Positions 52,810 to 62,939 of a stretch of DNA of 64,000 nucleotides are shown piece by piece (within the stretch, counting starts at the first letter, position 1; each line of letters begins with the position of its first letter). Position numbers and translations under genes: made by a program. The notes beneath the pieces were generated by a model. It did not search any database and was not told where the DNA came from. It was given only the letters and a program-made list of their open reading frames with translations. This stretch comes from an uncultured Gemmatimonadaceae bacterium (lineage in GTDB: Bacteria > Gemmatimonadota > Gemmatimonadetes > Gemmatimonadales > Gemmatimonadaceae). Location: the NCBI GenBank assembly GCA_963716745.1, contig OY970320.1, positions 1,408,001 through 1,472,000 of the forward strand, written 5' to 3'.

Positions 52810-54485
52810 GGTGTGTTGCCCTTGGCTCGGGCCCGCACCGCCAAGGCGGGGGGCGCTCCTGCACTGAGTTCGACGGCGCGATCCGCGTGACCGCGCGCCG
52901 AGGTCGTATCCCCTCTCAACAACAGATAGTCCGCGTACCCCGTCTGGAGCTGCCACACATCCCGTCCCACGAGTGCCGCCCGCGCCCATGTCGAGTCGGC
53001 CACCAGCGTGTCGGCGGGCGCCACGGCGTAAGCACGCGCGAACATCGCCGCGGCCCCAGCCCAGTCCTGCGTCTTCAGCTTCAATTCACCACTCTCCCGC
53101 CACAGCACGGCGTCGCGCTTGAACAATTCCCTCGCCATCGCGTACTCGCGTTCCGCCGCAACGAACCGGCCCGCCGCCGCATCCACACGTCCCATCGTCC
53201 AGTGTGCGTGATACGATTCCGGGTGTTCCTCGAGCAGCGTGAGCGCGAACGTCTTGGGATCGTGCCAGACATCGGTGCGCGTCCACGTGCGCATCGAGAA
53301 CATCACGAGCACCAGCGCCAACGCCGCAGCCACCGCACGCGGCGCGCGCCAGCCGTACCGTTCCAGCACCCAGCCCGCCGCGAGCATCGCGCCGGCACTG
53401 GGCAGGTACAGCGTGCGTTCCGCGAGCAGCACGCCCGTCACGAACAGGACGTTCGAGACGGGGGTCAAGGTCACTGGCACCCACGCCAACGAGTACGCGG
53501 CCTCCGGCTCCCGCCGCCACGCGTGGAATATCGCCGCCCCGAGCACGCCCGCCAGAGCGACGCCCATCACCACGCCCCACGTGACCGACGTGGCGAGTTC
53601 AATGACCGCCGGCTGGTAGTCGGCGGAGAGGTTTTCGGGCACCAGGAGGAGACGCGCGTACTCCGGGATCACGGACGCGACGGTGAGCAGGCGGTCAGCG
53701 ATCGGAACCCCCATGAACACCGGCGATGGCGCCACGAGCGGTTCGTGCCGGAACACGATCAGGAGCACGACGGCGTAGGCGACCGCCGCCGTGGCGTACG
53801 ACAGATAGAGACCAAGACGCGCGCGTAGCGCGGCGAACGCGCCGCCGGTGAGGAGCATATCGTGCAGTGCCGCCAGACCGAGGAAGACCATCGCGCTCTC
53901 CTTCGAAAGCAAGGCGAGCGCGAACAGCACTGGTGCGGCCCACGATCCGCGCCGGTGTGCGAGCAGCGCAGCGATCACGAACGCCGCTGCCATGCACTCG
54001 GAGCGGCCCACCACGTTCGCGACCGCCTCCACGTGCACCGGATGCACGGCGAACAGCAGAGCGGCGCCGAGCGCCGCGGCCGGCGCGAGCAGTTCCGCGG
54101 CGAGGAACCACACCAGCACCGATGCCGCCGCGTGCCACAGGATGTTCACCGCGTGGAACCAGCGCGGATCGCCGCTCGAGAGCCACCAATCGAGCGAGAA
54201 GCTCGCGATCGCGAGCGGGCGGTACTGCCCACCGCCGAGCGCCGCGGGCCAGTAGGGATGCGAGAACGCGAGCCAGATGCCGTTCGGGAAGGCGACGAGC
54301 GGATTCTTGAGGATGATCGCGCGGTCGTCGAGCACGAAGCCGTTCTCGAGCGCGTTCACATAGACGGCGATCGCGACCAGCGCGACGGCCACCGGCGCCC
54401 ACTGCCGCAGTCGTGCGCGCGATGGGAAGAAGCTCGACGCGGCGACGATCGGAGGCGCCGCCGCCTCGTCAGCCGGAGCGGTCAA
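52806..54485 (-). CDS. TMTC/DUF1736-like GT-C membrane glycosyltransferase with short TPR tail
   Basis: NGFVLDD, YRPL, LFAVHPVHVEAVANVVGRSE, LLSKES, LSADY, AERTLYLPS, RTDVW; start at TTG overlapping the pilR stop is inferred. Confidence 0.8.
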   Translation of the reverse strand: MTAPADEAAAPPIVAASSFFPSRARLRQWAPVAVALVAIAVYVNALENGFVLDDRAIILKNPLVAFPNGIWLAFSHPYWPAALGGGQYRPLAIASFSLDWWLSSGDPRWFHAVNILWHAAASVLVWFLAAELLAPAAALGAALLFAVHPVHVEAVANVVGRSECMAAAFVIAALLAHRRGSWAAPVLFALALLSKESAMVFLGLAALHDMLLTGGAFAALRARLGLYLSYATAAVAYAVVLLIVFRHEPLVAPSPVFMGVPIADRLLTVASVIPEYARLLLVPENLSADYQPAVIELATSVTWGVVMGVALAGVLGAAIFHAWRREPEAAYSLAWVPVTLTPVSNVLFVTGVLLAERTLYLPSAGAMLAAGWVLERYGWRAPRAVAAALALVLVMFSMRTWTRTDVWHDPKTFALTLLEEHPESYHAHWTMGRVDAAAGRFVAAEREYAMARELFKRDAVLWRESGELKLKTQDWAGAAAMFARAYAVAPADTLVADSTWARAALVGRDVWQLQTGYADYLLLRGDTTSARGHADRAVELSAGAPPALAVRARAKGNTP

Positions 54486-55864
54486 ACCTCCACTCCGTAC
54501 CGCGACAATTTCCGGTAGAGCGTACTCGGGTCGATGCCCAGACGTTCGGCGGCGCGGCTCTTGTTGCCGCCTTCCGACTGCAGCACCCACAGGATGTACG
54601 CGCGCTCGACGACATCGAGCGTGGGGTTCGATGTAGGCGTGCGGTCGGTGATGAGCGCTTCGGCGCGGCGTTCGGTGACGCGCTGCGGGAGCACGGAGAT
54701 GTCGATCAGCTCGCCCTTCGAGAGGATCGCCGCGCGCTCGAGCGCGTTCTCGAGCTCGCGCACGTTGCCGGGCCAATTGTATTCCATCATCGCTTCGAGC
54801 GCGTCGGCGCTCAGCCGCTTCATCATGCCGCCGGACTGCTCGGCACCGCGGCCGAGGAAAGCGTCGATGAGCAGCGGGATGTCGTCGCGCCGCTGCCGCA
54901 GTGGCGGCAGATGGAGCGCGAACACGTTGAGCCGGTAGAAGAGGTCGCTGCGGAACCCGCCGCGCTTCATCTCCTCCTCGAGATCGCGGTTCGTCGCCGC
55001 GATGAGTCGTGTCTCGATCGGCACGGCCTCGGTGCCACCCACCGGGATCACCTCGCGCTGCTGCAGCACGCGCAGGAGCTTCACCTGGATGGCGGGAGTC
55101 GTCTCGCCGATCTCGTCGAGGAAGAACGATCCCTTCGCGGCGGCGGCGAAGAGGCCGAGCTTGTCCTTCACGGCGCCGGTGAACGAGCCCTTCACGTGTC
55201 CGAACAGTTCGCTCTCGAGCAGCGACTCGGGGAGCGCGCCGCAGTTGATCGAGAGGAACGAGCCCTCGGCGCGCGTGGAGAGGTCGTGGATGTAGCGCGC
55301 GACCACTTCTTTGCCCGTTCCCGACTCACCCTGGATGAGCACGGTGGAATCGGTGGGCGCCACGGTCTCGGCCAGGCGCAGCACATCCAGCCAGCCTTTG
55401 CTCCGCCCCACTGGCGCGAGCAAGCCGGTGCGTTCGTGGCGCCGGATCTCCTGACGCAGCGACTTGTTCTCGACGCGCAGCTGGCGATGCTCGGCGGCGC
55501 GCCGGAGGATCGCGATGATGTCGTCGTTCACGAACGGCTTCTGGATGTAGAAGAACGCGCCTTCGTTCACCGCCTGGATGGCCGAGCGAAGATCCGCCTG
55601 CGCCGTCATGAGTATGACGGGCAGATCGGGGTCCTTGGCGCGCGCCGCCGAGAGGATCTCAATGCCGGTGACGTTGGGCATGCGCACGTCGGTAATGACG
55701 ATGTCGGGGTTCAGCGCCTGGATGCGCTCGAGACCCTGGCGGCCGCCGAGCGCGACGACGGGGCTGAAGCCCTCGTTCTTGAGGAGGATGCTGAGCGTCT
55801 CGAGGATGCCGGTCTCGTCATCGACAATGAGGACGCTCGGCGGCGTGGGCGCGGCGACGGTCAT
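54482..55864 (-). CDS. pilR: Sigma54-dependent response regulator, PilR-like
   Basis: [27 protein letters not shown], Fis HTH; coupled to a PilS-like kinase. Confidence 0.75.
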   Translation of the reverse strand: MTVAAPTPPSVLIVDDETGILETLSILLKNEGFSPVVALGGRQGLERIQALNPDIVITDVRMPNVTGIEILSAARAKDPDLPVILMTAQADLRSAIQAVNEGAFFYIQKPFVNDDIIAILRRAAEHRQLRVENKSLRQEIRRHERTGLLAPVGRSKGWLDVLRLAETVAPTDSTVLIQGESGTGKEVVARYIHDLSTRAEGSFLSINCGALPESLLESELFGHVKGSFTGAVKDKLGLFAAAAKGSFFLDEIGETTPAIQVKLLRVLQQREVIPVGGTEAVPIETRLIAATNRDLEEEMKRGGFRSDLFYRLNVFALHLPPLRQRRDDIPLLIDAFLGRGAEQSGGMMKRLSADALEAMMEYNWPGNVRELENALERAAILSKGELIDISVLPQRVTERRAEALITDRTPTSNPTLDVVERAYILWVLQSEGGNKSRAAERLGIDPSTLYRKLSRYGVEV

Positions 55865-57498
55865 GTGAGCTCAGGGCTGACGGGCGGACGCGCGAGCGGC
55901 AACAGCACCGTGAACCGGGTGCCCTTGTTCGAGCTGTCGAGGAAGACGAAGCCGCGATGAGCTTCGATGGCGCGGTGGACGATGGGGAGTCCCAATCCGC
56001 TGCCGCCGGGTTTCGTAGTGAAGAAGGGATCGAAGACGCGATCGCGGATCTCCACGGGAATGCCTGGTCCGTCATCGCTGACGCGCAGCGACACGGCGTG
56101 CATCGTGAACGGGACGCCGGTGGGGATCTGGTCGACGGCCATCGTGCCGATCTCGATCTTCACCTCGCCGTTCTCGCGCGAGGCCTGCACCGCATTGAGC
56201 GCGATGTTGAACACCGCGCGGTGCAGGAGGTCCTCGTCGCCTTCGACGTAGAGCGGACCGGTGGGCGCGATGCAGAGCACGCTCACGCCCTTCTTGCGAT
56301 CCGGATGCGCGGTGGCGAGGCCGGCGGCGGTGCGCGCGATGGCGGTCATGTCGACGCGTTCGCCGCGCGTGACGCGCACGCGCGCGAAATCGAGGAATTC
56401 CGAGAGCAGACGGGAGAGGCGGTCGGACTCGCGCACGATGAGCCGGCCGAGCGTGCGCTCGTCGTCGTCGGCCTTGGTGCGGCGCGCAAGTTGTTCGGTG
56501 GCGCTTCTGATGGATGCGAGCGGATTCTTGATCTCATGCGCGAGCGACGCGCTGAGTTCGGCGACGGCCTCGAGGCGCTCGGCGCGCAGCCGGAGTTCCT
56601 CGAGGCGTTTGTTGTCGGAGATGTCCTGGAAGATCGCGGTGGCTGAGATCCCCTCGGGCGTGCCGTCGGCGTCGATCGTGGTGGTGGTGAGGCCGATCGG
56701 GAACGTGCGTCCGTGCACCGTGATCGCCGCCTCGCCGCGAGTGACGCGCTCGCGCGCCTGCACCGCGCGCTCGAGCGCGGCGACGAGCGCCGGAGCCGTG
56801 CTGGCGAAGACTTCGCGAACGGGGCGGCCGCGCACGCTCTCGGAATCGAAACCGAGCAGTGTGCCACTCATCGGATTGGCGAACAACATGCGGCCGCGCG
56901 CGTCGATGGTGACGATGCCGCTGCGGATGTTCTTGAGGATGTCCTCGGCCTGCAGCTTCGCGATGTTGAGGCGCGCTTCGAGTTCCTCCCGATTGACGCC
57001 GGCTTCCTGCAAGCGCGCCGCGAGGTAGGCGACCGCGAGCGCGACGAGCGCGAAGACCACGAGCTGGAGGATGAGCGCGAGCGAGACGGGGGTGTGGTGG
57101 CCGAGCAGGACGTCGGCGAAGTACGCGGCGTTGCCGAGCGCGGCGATGAGGAGCACGCCGCCCACCGGGAGCAGGAGCGACGCGCCGACCGTGACGAGGA
57201 TGTAGAGCGGCGCGAAGAGCGAGAGCGCGCCGCCGGTGACGTGCACGACCACCGTGACGAGCGCGACGTCGAAGAGCGCCTGCTCATAGCAGAACGTGCG
57301 CGACACCGCCGCGCCGTTGCCGGTGGACCAGAGCGACCAGAAGGTGAAGAGGATCGCGCCGAGTACGGCGAGCGTCGCGATGAGCGTGTCGGCGGAGTCG
57401 GCGCGCCGCCACTGCACGAGCGCGGCGACGAATATGGCGGCAGCGAGCGAGAGACGCCCGATGTAGATCCAGCGTAGAACGCGTCGCGGATCGAACAT
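55861..57498 (-). CDS. pilS: PilS-like sensor kinase (6-TM N-terminus, PAS, HisKA, HATPase)
   Basis: Q..FDVALVT..VHVTGG..S.F..LY PilS membrane signature, PAS (ILKNIRSG.VTID..GR), AHEIKNPL. Confidence 0.8.
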   Translation of the reverse strand: MFDPRRVLRWIYIGRLSLAAAIFVAALVQWRRADSADTLIATLAVLGAILFTFWSLWSTGNGAAVSRTFCYEQALFDVALVTVVVHVTGGALSLFAPLYILVTVGASLLLPVGGVLLIAALGNAAYFADVLLGHHTPVSLALILQLVVFALVALAVAYLAARLQEAGVNREELEARLNIAKLQAEDILKNIRSGIVTIDARGRMLFANPMSGTLLGFDSESVRGRPVREVFASTAPALVAALERAVQARERVTRGEAAITVHGRTFPIGLTTTTIDADGTPEGISATAIFQDISDNKRLEELRLRAERLEAVAELSASLAHEIKNPLASIRSATEQLARRTKADDDERTLGRLIVRESDRLSRLLSEFLDFARVRVTRGERVDMTAIARTAAGLATAHPDRKKGVSVLCIAPTGPLYVEGDEDLLHRAVFNIALNAVQASRENGEVKIEIGTMAVDQIPTGVPFTMHAVSLRVSDDGPGIPVEIRDRVFDPFFTTKPGGSGLGLPIVHRAIEAHRGFVFLDSSNKGTRFTVLLPLARPPVSPELT

Positions 57499-57608
57499 GC
57501 CAGGATAGTATAGTAGGGCGTGGAGTATTGCAGAGCGCCCGAACCGCGGAAGTCGTGAATCGTGGCGTTTTGCTATATCTTGGACGAGCACATACGACAG
57601 GGAGTTAC

Positions 57609-58961
57609 GTGGCGCCTGGTTCAGACGAACTGACGGCAGGAGCGATCGCGTGGCGGCTCCTGGCCGTGTTGTTGATCGTGGGCGCGAACGCGTTCTTCGT
57701 GATGGCGGAGTTCGCGCTCGTGAGTGCCCGCCGGAGCAAGATCGATGCGCTCGCGAAACGCGGCGACGTGCGCGCGCGCGCGGTGCAGCGCGTGCTCCAG
57801 AACCTATATCGCTACATCTCGGCGACGCAGCTCGGCATCACGTGCGCATCGCTGGCGCTCGGCTGGGTGGGCGAGGCGACCATCGCGCGGCTCCTGCAGC
57901 GCGCGCTCGTGCGAGTCGGCCTCGAAGCTCCGTCGGGCCTCACGCACGCCGCGGCGACCGTGACCACCGCGTTCATCATCATCACCGTCCTCCACATCGT
58001 GCTGGGCGAGCTGACGCCCAAGGCGATCGCGCTGAGCGACCCGGAGCGCATGACGCGGCGCATCGTGTACCCGCTGCGCGCGTTCGCGTGGCTGGTCAGT
58101 CCCTTCACGGCGGTGCTGAACGCCTCGGCGAGCAGCGTGCTGCGCGTGCTGCATGTGAAGCCGGCGACGGGACACTCCACCGTGCACTCACCGGAGGAGC
58201 TCGAGCTGATCGTGCGTCAGTCGCTGGATGAGGGGAAGTTCAGCGAGACCGACCGCGAGGTGCTGCAGGGCGTGTTCATCTTCCAGAAGAAGAAGGCGCG
58301 CGACGTGATGCGGCCGCGCACGAAGGTCTCGTCGCTGTGGATCGGCGAATCGGAGGAGGAGGTGTGGAAGACACTCCGCTCTGAGGGATACTCGCGATAT
58401 CCGGTGTACGACGAATCGCCGGACGACGTCGTAGGCGTGTTCCTCGCGAAGGATCTGTGGATGCATGAGCGCGGCGAGGACTTCGTGCTGCGGTCGTACG
58501 TACGGCCGGCGATGTTCGTGCCCGAGGCGCGGCCCGCGGAGCTGGTGCTGAACGAATTGCGCAAGACGCGGGCGCACATGGCGGTCGTGCTCGACGAGCA
58601 CGGCGGGATGCAGGGCGTGCTCACACTCGAGGACCTCGTTGAGGAACTGATCGGCGACATCGCGGACGAGTACGACGGCGCCGAGCGGATGGCGACGACG
58701 AGCGGTGGCGTGCTCGAACTGCAGGGCTCGATGTCGCTGATCGATGTGCGGCAGGACTATCAGGTGGACATTCCCGACGGAAGCTGGACGACGCTCGGCG
58801 GCTACGTATTCACGCGGCTAGGACGCGTGCCGCGCGTTGGCGACCGCGTGCCGTTCCCCAGTGGCGAGCTTGAAGTGGTGGCGATGGACCGGAAGCGCGT
58901 GGCGGCGGTGCGCGTGATGCGGGCAATGGCCGCGGCGGCCAGCAAGGCGAAGCGGGCGTGA
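57609..58961 (+). CDS. Hemolysin-family/CorB (CNNM-CBS-CorC) membrane protein
   Basis: NAFFVMAEFALVS, QLGIT, GELTPK, YSRYPVY, DEHGG..G.LTLEDLVEELIGDI.DE, TLGGYV. Confidence 0.92.
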   Translation: MAPGSDELTAGAIAWRLLAVLLIVGANAFFVMAEFALVSARRSKIDALAKRGDVRARAVQRVLQNLYRYISATQLGITCASLALGWVGEATIARLLQRALVRVGLEAPSGLTHAAATVTTAFIIITVLHIVLGELTPKAIALSDPERMTRRIVYPLRAFAWLVSPFTAVLNASASSVLRVLHVKPATGHSTVHSPEELELIVRQSLDEGKFSETDREVLQGVFIFQKKKARDVMRPRTKVSSLWIGESEEEVWKTLRSEGYSRYPVYDESPDDVVGVFLAKDLWMHERGEDFVLRSYVRPAMFVPEARPAELVLNELRKTRAHMAVVLDEHGGMQGVLTLEDLVEELIGDIADEYDGAERMATTSGGVLELQGSMSLIDVRQDYQVDIPDGSWTTLGGYVFTRLGRVPRVGDRVPFPSGELEVVAMDRKRVAAVRVMRAMAAAASKAKRA

Positions 58962-59386
58962 CCGGCGCGCTGCGCGTGACGGACCAGCTCTCCATCCCGC
59001 GCGACGAGCTCACCGTGCGCGCATCGCGCGCGGGCGGCGCGGGCGGGCAGCACGTGAACACGTCGAGCACGCGCATCGAAGTCGTGTGGGGCGTCGCATC
59101 GAGCCGTGCTCTGGACGAAGTCCAGCGATCGCGGCTGCTCGCGAAGCTCGCGTCGCGGCTCGATGCCGACGGGCGCGTGCGCGTGGTGAGTTCCGCGCGG
59201 CGGAGCCAGCGGCAGAACCTGGAGGCCGCCGAGGACCGACTCGCGGAGTTGGTGCGGCGCGCGCTGGCGATGCCGAAGCGCCGCGTGGCGACGCGGCCGA
59301 CGCGCGGATCGGTGGAGCGCCGGCTGGATGAGAAGCGGCGGCGCGCGGAGCGGAAGCGCGGCCGCGGCGCCGCGCGCGACGAGTAG
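58958..59386 (+). CDS. arfB: Alternative ribosome rescue factor ArfB (YaeJ)
   Basis: SRAGGAGGQHVN, RSQRQN, basic C-tail RxATRPT. Confidence 0.93.
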   Translation: MTGALRVTDQLSIPRDELTVRASRAGGAGGQHVNTSSTRIEVVWGVASSRALDEVQRSRLLAKLASRLDADGRVRVVSSARRSQRQNLEAAEDRLAELVRRALAMPKRRVATRPTRGSVERRLDEKRRRAERKRGRGAARDE

Positions 59387-59388
59387 CG

Positions 59389-60174
59389 CTATTTCAGCAG
59401 CGTGACCGTGGAAGTCGCGTCCTGCGTGAGCGTGACGATCGCCCCAGTGGGCAGGCTGATGCGCGAGGTGGAGGTACTGACTACGCGCGCGCCGAGATAG
59501 ACGCCCTTCTCGCTCACATAGAACATGCCGTCGCCGGTCCCATCGGATGTGAGCGGCAGGGGCACCCCCGACTGCATTATCGTGCCCGCCGAAGCCAATG
59601 TGCTGGAGTGCCGGATGCGGAACGCTCGCGCGCCGGCGAACACGGTGTCGCCGTCCAGCGTGGTGACGGTGATCGTACGCTCGGTGATCGAGCCGCCTTC
59701 TCCGCCGAGTTTGTCCGTCGTGGTATCCGCGAAGGAAGCGGCGGCGCCCGTGTCGGATTCGAGCGCCGGGAGGAAGTGCGACATCTTCTCGGCGAGCGCA
59801 TCGACGTCCGCGCCGGCCGTGACGGGGGACACGTGAGAGAAGGACGCGAGGCGGCCGCCGGTGCTCATCGTTCCCATGACCATCGTGCCTTTCATCTTCC
59901 CGACATCGGGCAGCTGCGCTGGCAGATCGGAATGCAGGCTGTACTCGGTGATCGTGAGTTGGAACGCGAGCGAGTCATCGCCGTGTGCACTGAGCGCGAG
60001 GGCCATGCGCTGATCGGCGGTGATGGTACTGGTGATCTCGCTGTTGGAGAAGGATTGGCTGCGCTTGATCACCGTGAGGAGGGAGTATTTGTACGTGCCC
60101 GGGGAGTATGATGGGGCGTCGGCTCCCGCGCGGAGTGTTAAGAGAAGGGCGAGTGCGACGAGGCGGATCAGCAT
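59389..60174 (-). CDS. Exported hypothetical protein (beta-rich)
   Basis: Signal-like MLIRLVALALLLTLRAGADA after a GAGGAC RBS; Thr/Ser-rich strands. Confidence 0.55.
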   Translation of the reverse strand: MLIRLVALALLLTLRAGADAPSYSPGTYKYSLLTVIKRSQSFSNSEITSTITADQRMALALSAHGDDSLAFQLTITEYSLHSDLPAQLPDVGKMKGTMVMGTMSTGGRLASFSHVSPVTAGADVDALAEKMSHFLPALESDTGAAASFADTTTDKLGGEGGSITERTITVTTLDGDTVFAGARAFRIRHSSTLASAGTIMQSGVPLPLTSDGTGDGMFYVSEKGVYLGARVVSTSTSRISLPTGAIVTLTQDATSTVTLLK

Positions 60175-60192
60175 GTCCTCAATATGAAAGAA

Positions 60193-60314
60193 GAACGGCG
60201 GGACTGGTACCGCTGACGGCGCGGCATTGGCGTTGGATACTGCTCGTTCCCAACGCCAATCGCCGCCGTCTCGCGGTGCCAGTCCCGCCGTCAGCGGTGC
60301 CAGTCCCGCAGTTC
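60193..60314. repeat. Imperfect palindrome containing a 21-bp direct repeat
   Basis: GGCGGGACTGGTACCGC...ATTGGCGTTGG / CCAACGCCAAT...GCGGTGCCAGTCCCGC x2; ends in GCAGTTC. Confidence 0.7.
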
Positions 60315-60330
60315 GAGCGTACTTTCCTGC

Positions 60331-61017
60331 ATGCCCGCTTCTCGCGCGAAGGACGAGAAACAACGAAAGACTGATTTCAGCCGCCGGCTGCGGCGATGGT
60401 ACCATCTTCACAAACGCGACCTGCCGTGGCGGCGCACGCGCGATCCGTATGAGGTGCTCGTCTCCGAGTTGATGCTCCAGCAGACCCAGGTCGCGCGCGT
60501 CGCCGAATATTATCCGCGTTTCCTAGCGCGCTTCCCGACGCTCGACGCCGTCGCGCGCGCGCCGCGCGGCCGCGTGATGGAGGCGTGGGCCGGACTCGGA
60601 TATTACGCGCGCGCCCGCAACCTGCACGCGCTCGCGCGCCAAGTGGGCAAGAGCGGCGGCCGGCTGCCCGAGCATCCCGATGACCTGCGCGCGCTGCCGG
60701 GCATCGGCGCGTACACCGCCGGCGCAGTGGCGAGCTTCGCGTATGAGCGGCGCGCCGCGCTCGTGGACACGAACGTCGCGCGCGTGATACGCCGCGCCTT
60801 CGCGCCGCGGCTCGACAAGCGCAGCGCCGCCGGCCAGAAACGCCTCTGGCGACTCGCCGACGAGTTGCTGCCCCGCACCGGCCGCGCGTCGTACGATCAC
60901 AACCAGGCGATCATGGAACTCGGTGCGCTGGTATGCACGGCACGCGTCGCGCATTGCGGCCGCTGCCCCGTGCGTCCCGCGTGCGCGACCGGCCGCGCCG
61001 TGTCGCTGCGCTCCTAG
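60331..61017 (+). CDS. mutY: A/G-specific adenine glycosylase, short form
   Basis: RDLPWR, SELMLQQTQV, WAGLGYYARARNL, LPGIGAYTA, VDTNVARV, C-x6-C-x2-C-x5-C. Confidence 0.88.
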   Translation: MPASRAKDEKQRKTDFSRRLRRWYHLHKRDLPWRRTRDPYEVLVSELMLQQTQVARVAEYYPRFLARFPTLDAVARAPRGRVMEAWAGLGYYARARNLHALARQVGKSGGRLPEHPDDLRALPGIGAYTAGAVASFAYERRAALVDTNVARVIRRAFAPRLDKRSAAGQKRLWRLADELLPRTGRASYDHNQAIMELGALVCTARVAHCGRCPVRPACATGRAVSLRS

Positions 61018-61066
61018 CGGCACTCGCACCCCTCCCTATCTTAAGCGGCACCCGCCACCGGCCCGC

Positions 61067-61690
61067 ATGCTCCAGTCCGCGACACCCATTCCCGAGCAGG
61101 ACATCCGGAGCGCCGTGGACAAAGCGTTCCGGTCGACGTCGTTCGGCCGGTTGACGCCGTGGGACCGGTTCTGGATGTGGGTGAGCGAACAGCTGACGCA
61201 CTTCTTCCAGATGCTCGCCAACGCGTACCGGCACGCCGGCGGCGGCGGTCCCGTGGGCAAGCTCGTGGTGGTGCTCGGCATCGCGTCGCTCGTGGTGATC
61301 CTCGGCCGCGTGATCTGGCTCTGGCGCGCGCGCACGCGCGTGGGTGTGCCGGCGGGAAAGTGGGGGCTCGGCGGCATCCTGCGCACCGCCGACCCTTGGG
61401 CGCTCGCGCAGTCGCTCGCCGCGAGCGGCGACTTCACCGCTGCCGCGCATTCGCTGTACGCGGCGCTGCTCGAGAACGCCGCGCGCGCGCAGCAAGTGCG
61501 GCTGCACCCGTCGAAGACGGCGGGCGATTACGCGCGCGAGATGCGCGGGCGACGCTCGCCGCTGTTCGCGGGCTTCCGCCGGTTCGCCGATCAGTACGAA
61601 GTGGTGATCTACGGCGACCAGATGTGCGACCGTGATCGGTTCGAGCGATTGTTCGCGCTCGCCGTTCCGATGCTGCGCTCCGATGGCTGA
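61067..61690 (+). CDS. DUF4129-type membrane protein
   Basis: TM followed by A..GDF..A...LY..LL, HPSKTAGDY, YE.VIYG; typical gene before DUF4350-MoxR. Confidence 0.75.
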   Translation: MLQSATPIPEQDIRSAVDKAFRSTSFGRLTPWDRFWMWVSEQLTHFFQMLANAYRHAGGGGPVGKLVVVLGIASLVVILGRVIWLWRARTRVGVPAGKWGLGGILRTADPWALAQSLAASGDFTAAAHSLYAALLENAARAQQVRLHPSKTAGDYAREMRGRRSPLFAGFRRFADQYEVVIYGDQMCDRDRFERLFALAVPMLRSDG

Positions 61691-62939
61691 ACCCCGCACA
61701 GGACGCGGCCTGCGGCCGGCGTGGGTATTTGCCGCGCTCGGCGCGCTGCTCGTGCTCGCCGTGGTCACGTCGCCCGACGCGCCGACCAACGACGAGAAGA
61801 GCGTGCTGTCGACGTACGACCGCGAGATCTGGGGCGCGCGCGGGATCTACGACGCACTCGACCTGATGGGCGTGGCGGTGCGGCGGCGGTTGATCCCGCT
61901 GCGCCACCCGCTCGACAGCGCCGCGGTGTACGTAGTGCTGGACCCACCGATCCCGCTCTCGGCGCGCGAGACCGCCGCGCTGCTCGACGCCGTTCGGCGC
62001 GGCGCGAGCCTTATCATCACCGCGCCGGAGGGCGGCTTCAACGCGGACTCCCTCGGCGTGGAGCGCGGCGACTACGAGCTGCACCCGCTGGAACCGGTGA
62101 CCGACACCCTGTTCGGGAGCGCCGAATTCCGGCGCCAGCGCTCGGCGACGGGCCGGCGGCGGCTCGCGACCGTGTTCTCGGGTTCCTCTGACGATTCCGC
62201 GATCAGTTTCCACCAATTCCTCGTGCCGCCGCGCGCGAGCGACACCGACACCGCGCGCGCGCTTCCCCACGACACGACCACGTTGCTCGCGGTGCGGACC
62301 GACAGCGTCAACGAACCGACGATCCTCGGGCGCACGCTCGGTGACGGTCGCGTGGTGATCATCGCCGACGCCGATTTCCTTCGCAACGTGGTGCTGAGGC
62401 GCGGCAATGCGGCGGTACTGATGGTGCGATTGATCGAATGGGCCGACCGCGGGCGCGCGATGCCCGTGATCTTCGACGAGTACCATCACGGCCACGGGCG
62501 CCACTCGGACATGATCGGCGCGGTGATGGACGGACTCGGCAACAGCCCGTACGGCCGCGTCGTGCTCCAGGCCGCGGTCGCAGCGCTCATCCTGCTCTTC
62601 GCGCTCTCGGTGCGGCCCATCGCACCGGTCGCGCGCACCATCGTCGAGCGGCGCTCGCCACTCGAGCACGTGGGCGCGGCGGCGCGGGCCTACGAAGCGA
62701 TCGGCGCGACACGGCTCGCCGCGCGCCGGCTGGTGCGCGGTCTTCGCCGGCGTCATCCGCTGGGCGCCACGGGCACGCTCACCGACGACGGATATCTCGC
62801 GCTCCTTCGGGAGCGAGCACCCGCATTGAACGAGGACGCGGCGCTGTTGGCGCGCGCGATCCGAGAACCACTCCCCGCCGGCCAGTTCGTGAGCGCCGGT
62901 GCCGCGATCGATCACATCGAGAGGACGCTGACGTCGTGA
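61683..62939 (+). CDS. DUF4350-type membrane protein
   Basis: STYD...WGARG.Y, G.GRVVIIAD..FLRN, IFDEYHHG, RSPLEHV.A. Confidence 0.75.
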   Translation: MAEPRTGRGLRPAWVFAALGALLVLAVVTSPDAPTNDEKSVLSTYDREIWGARGIYDALDLMGVAVRRRLIPLRHPLDSAAVYVVLDPPIPLSARETAALLDAVRRGASLIITAPEGGFNADSLGVERGDYELHPLEPVTDTLFGSAEFRRQRSATGRRRLATVFSGSSDDSAISFHQFLVPPRASDTDTARALPHDTTTLLAVRTDSVNEPTILGRTLGDGRVVIIADADFLRNVVLRRGNAAVLMVRLIEWADRGRAMPVIFDEYHHGHGRHSDMIGAVMDGLGNSPYGRVVLQAAVAALILLFALSVRPIAPVARTIVERRSPLEHVGAAARAYEAIGATRLAARRLVRGLRRRHPLGATGTLTDDGYLALLRERAPALNEDAALLARAIREPLPAGQFVSAGAAIDHIERTLTS

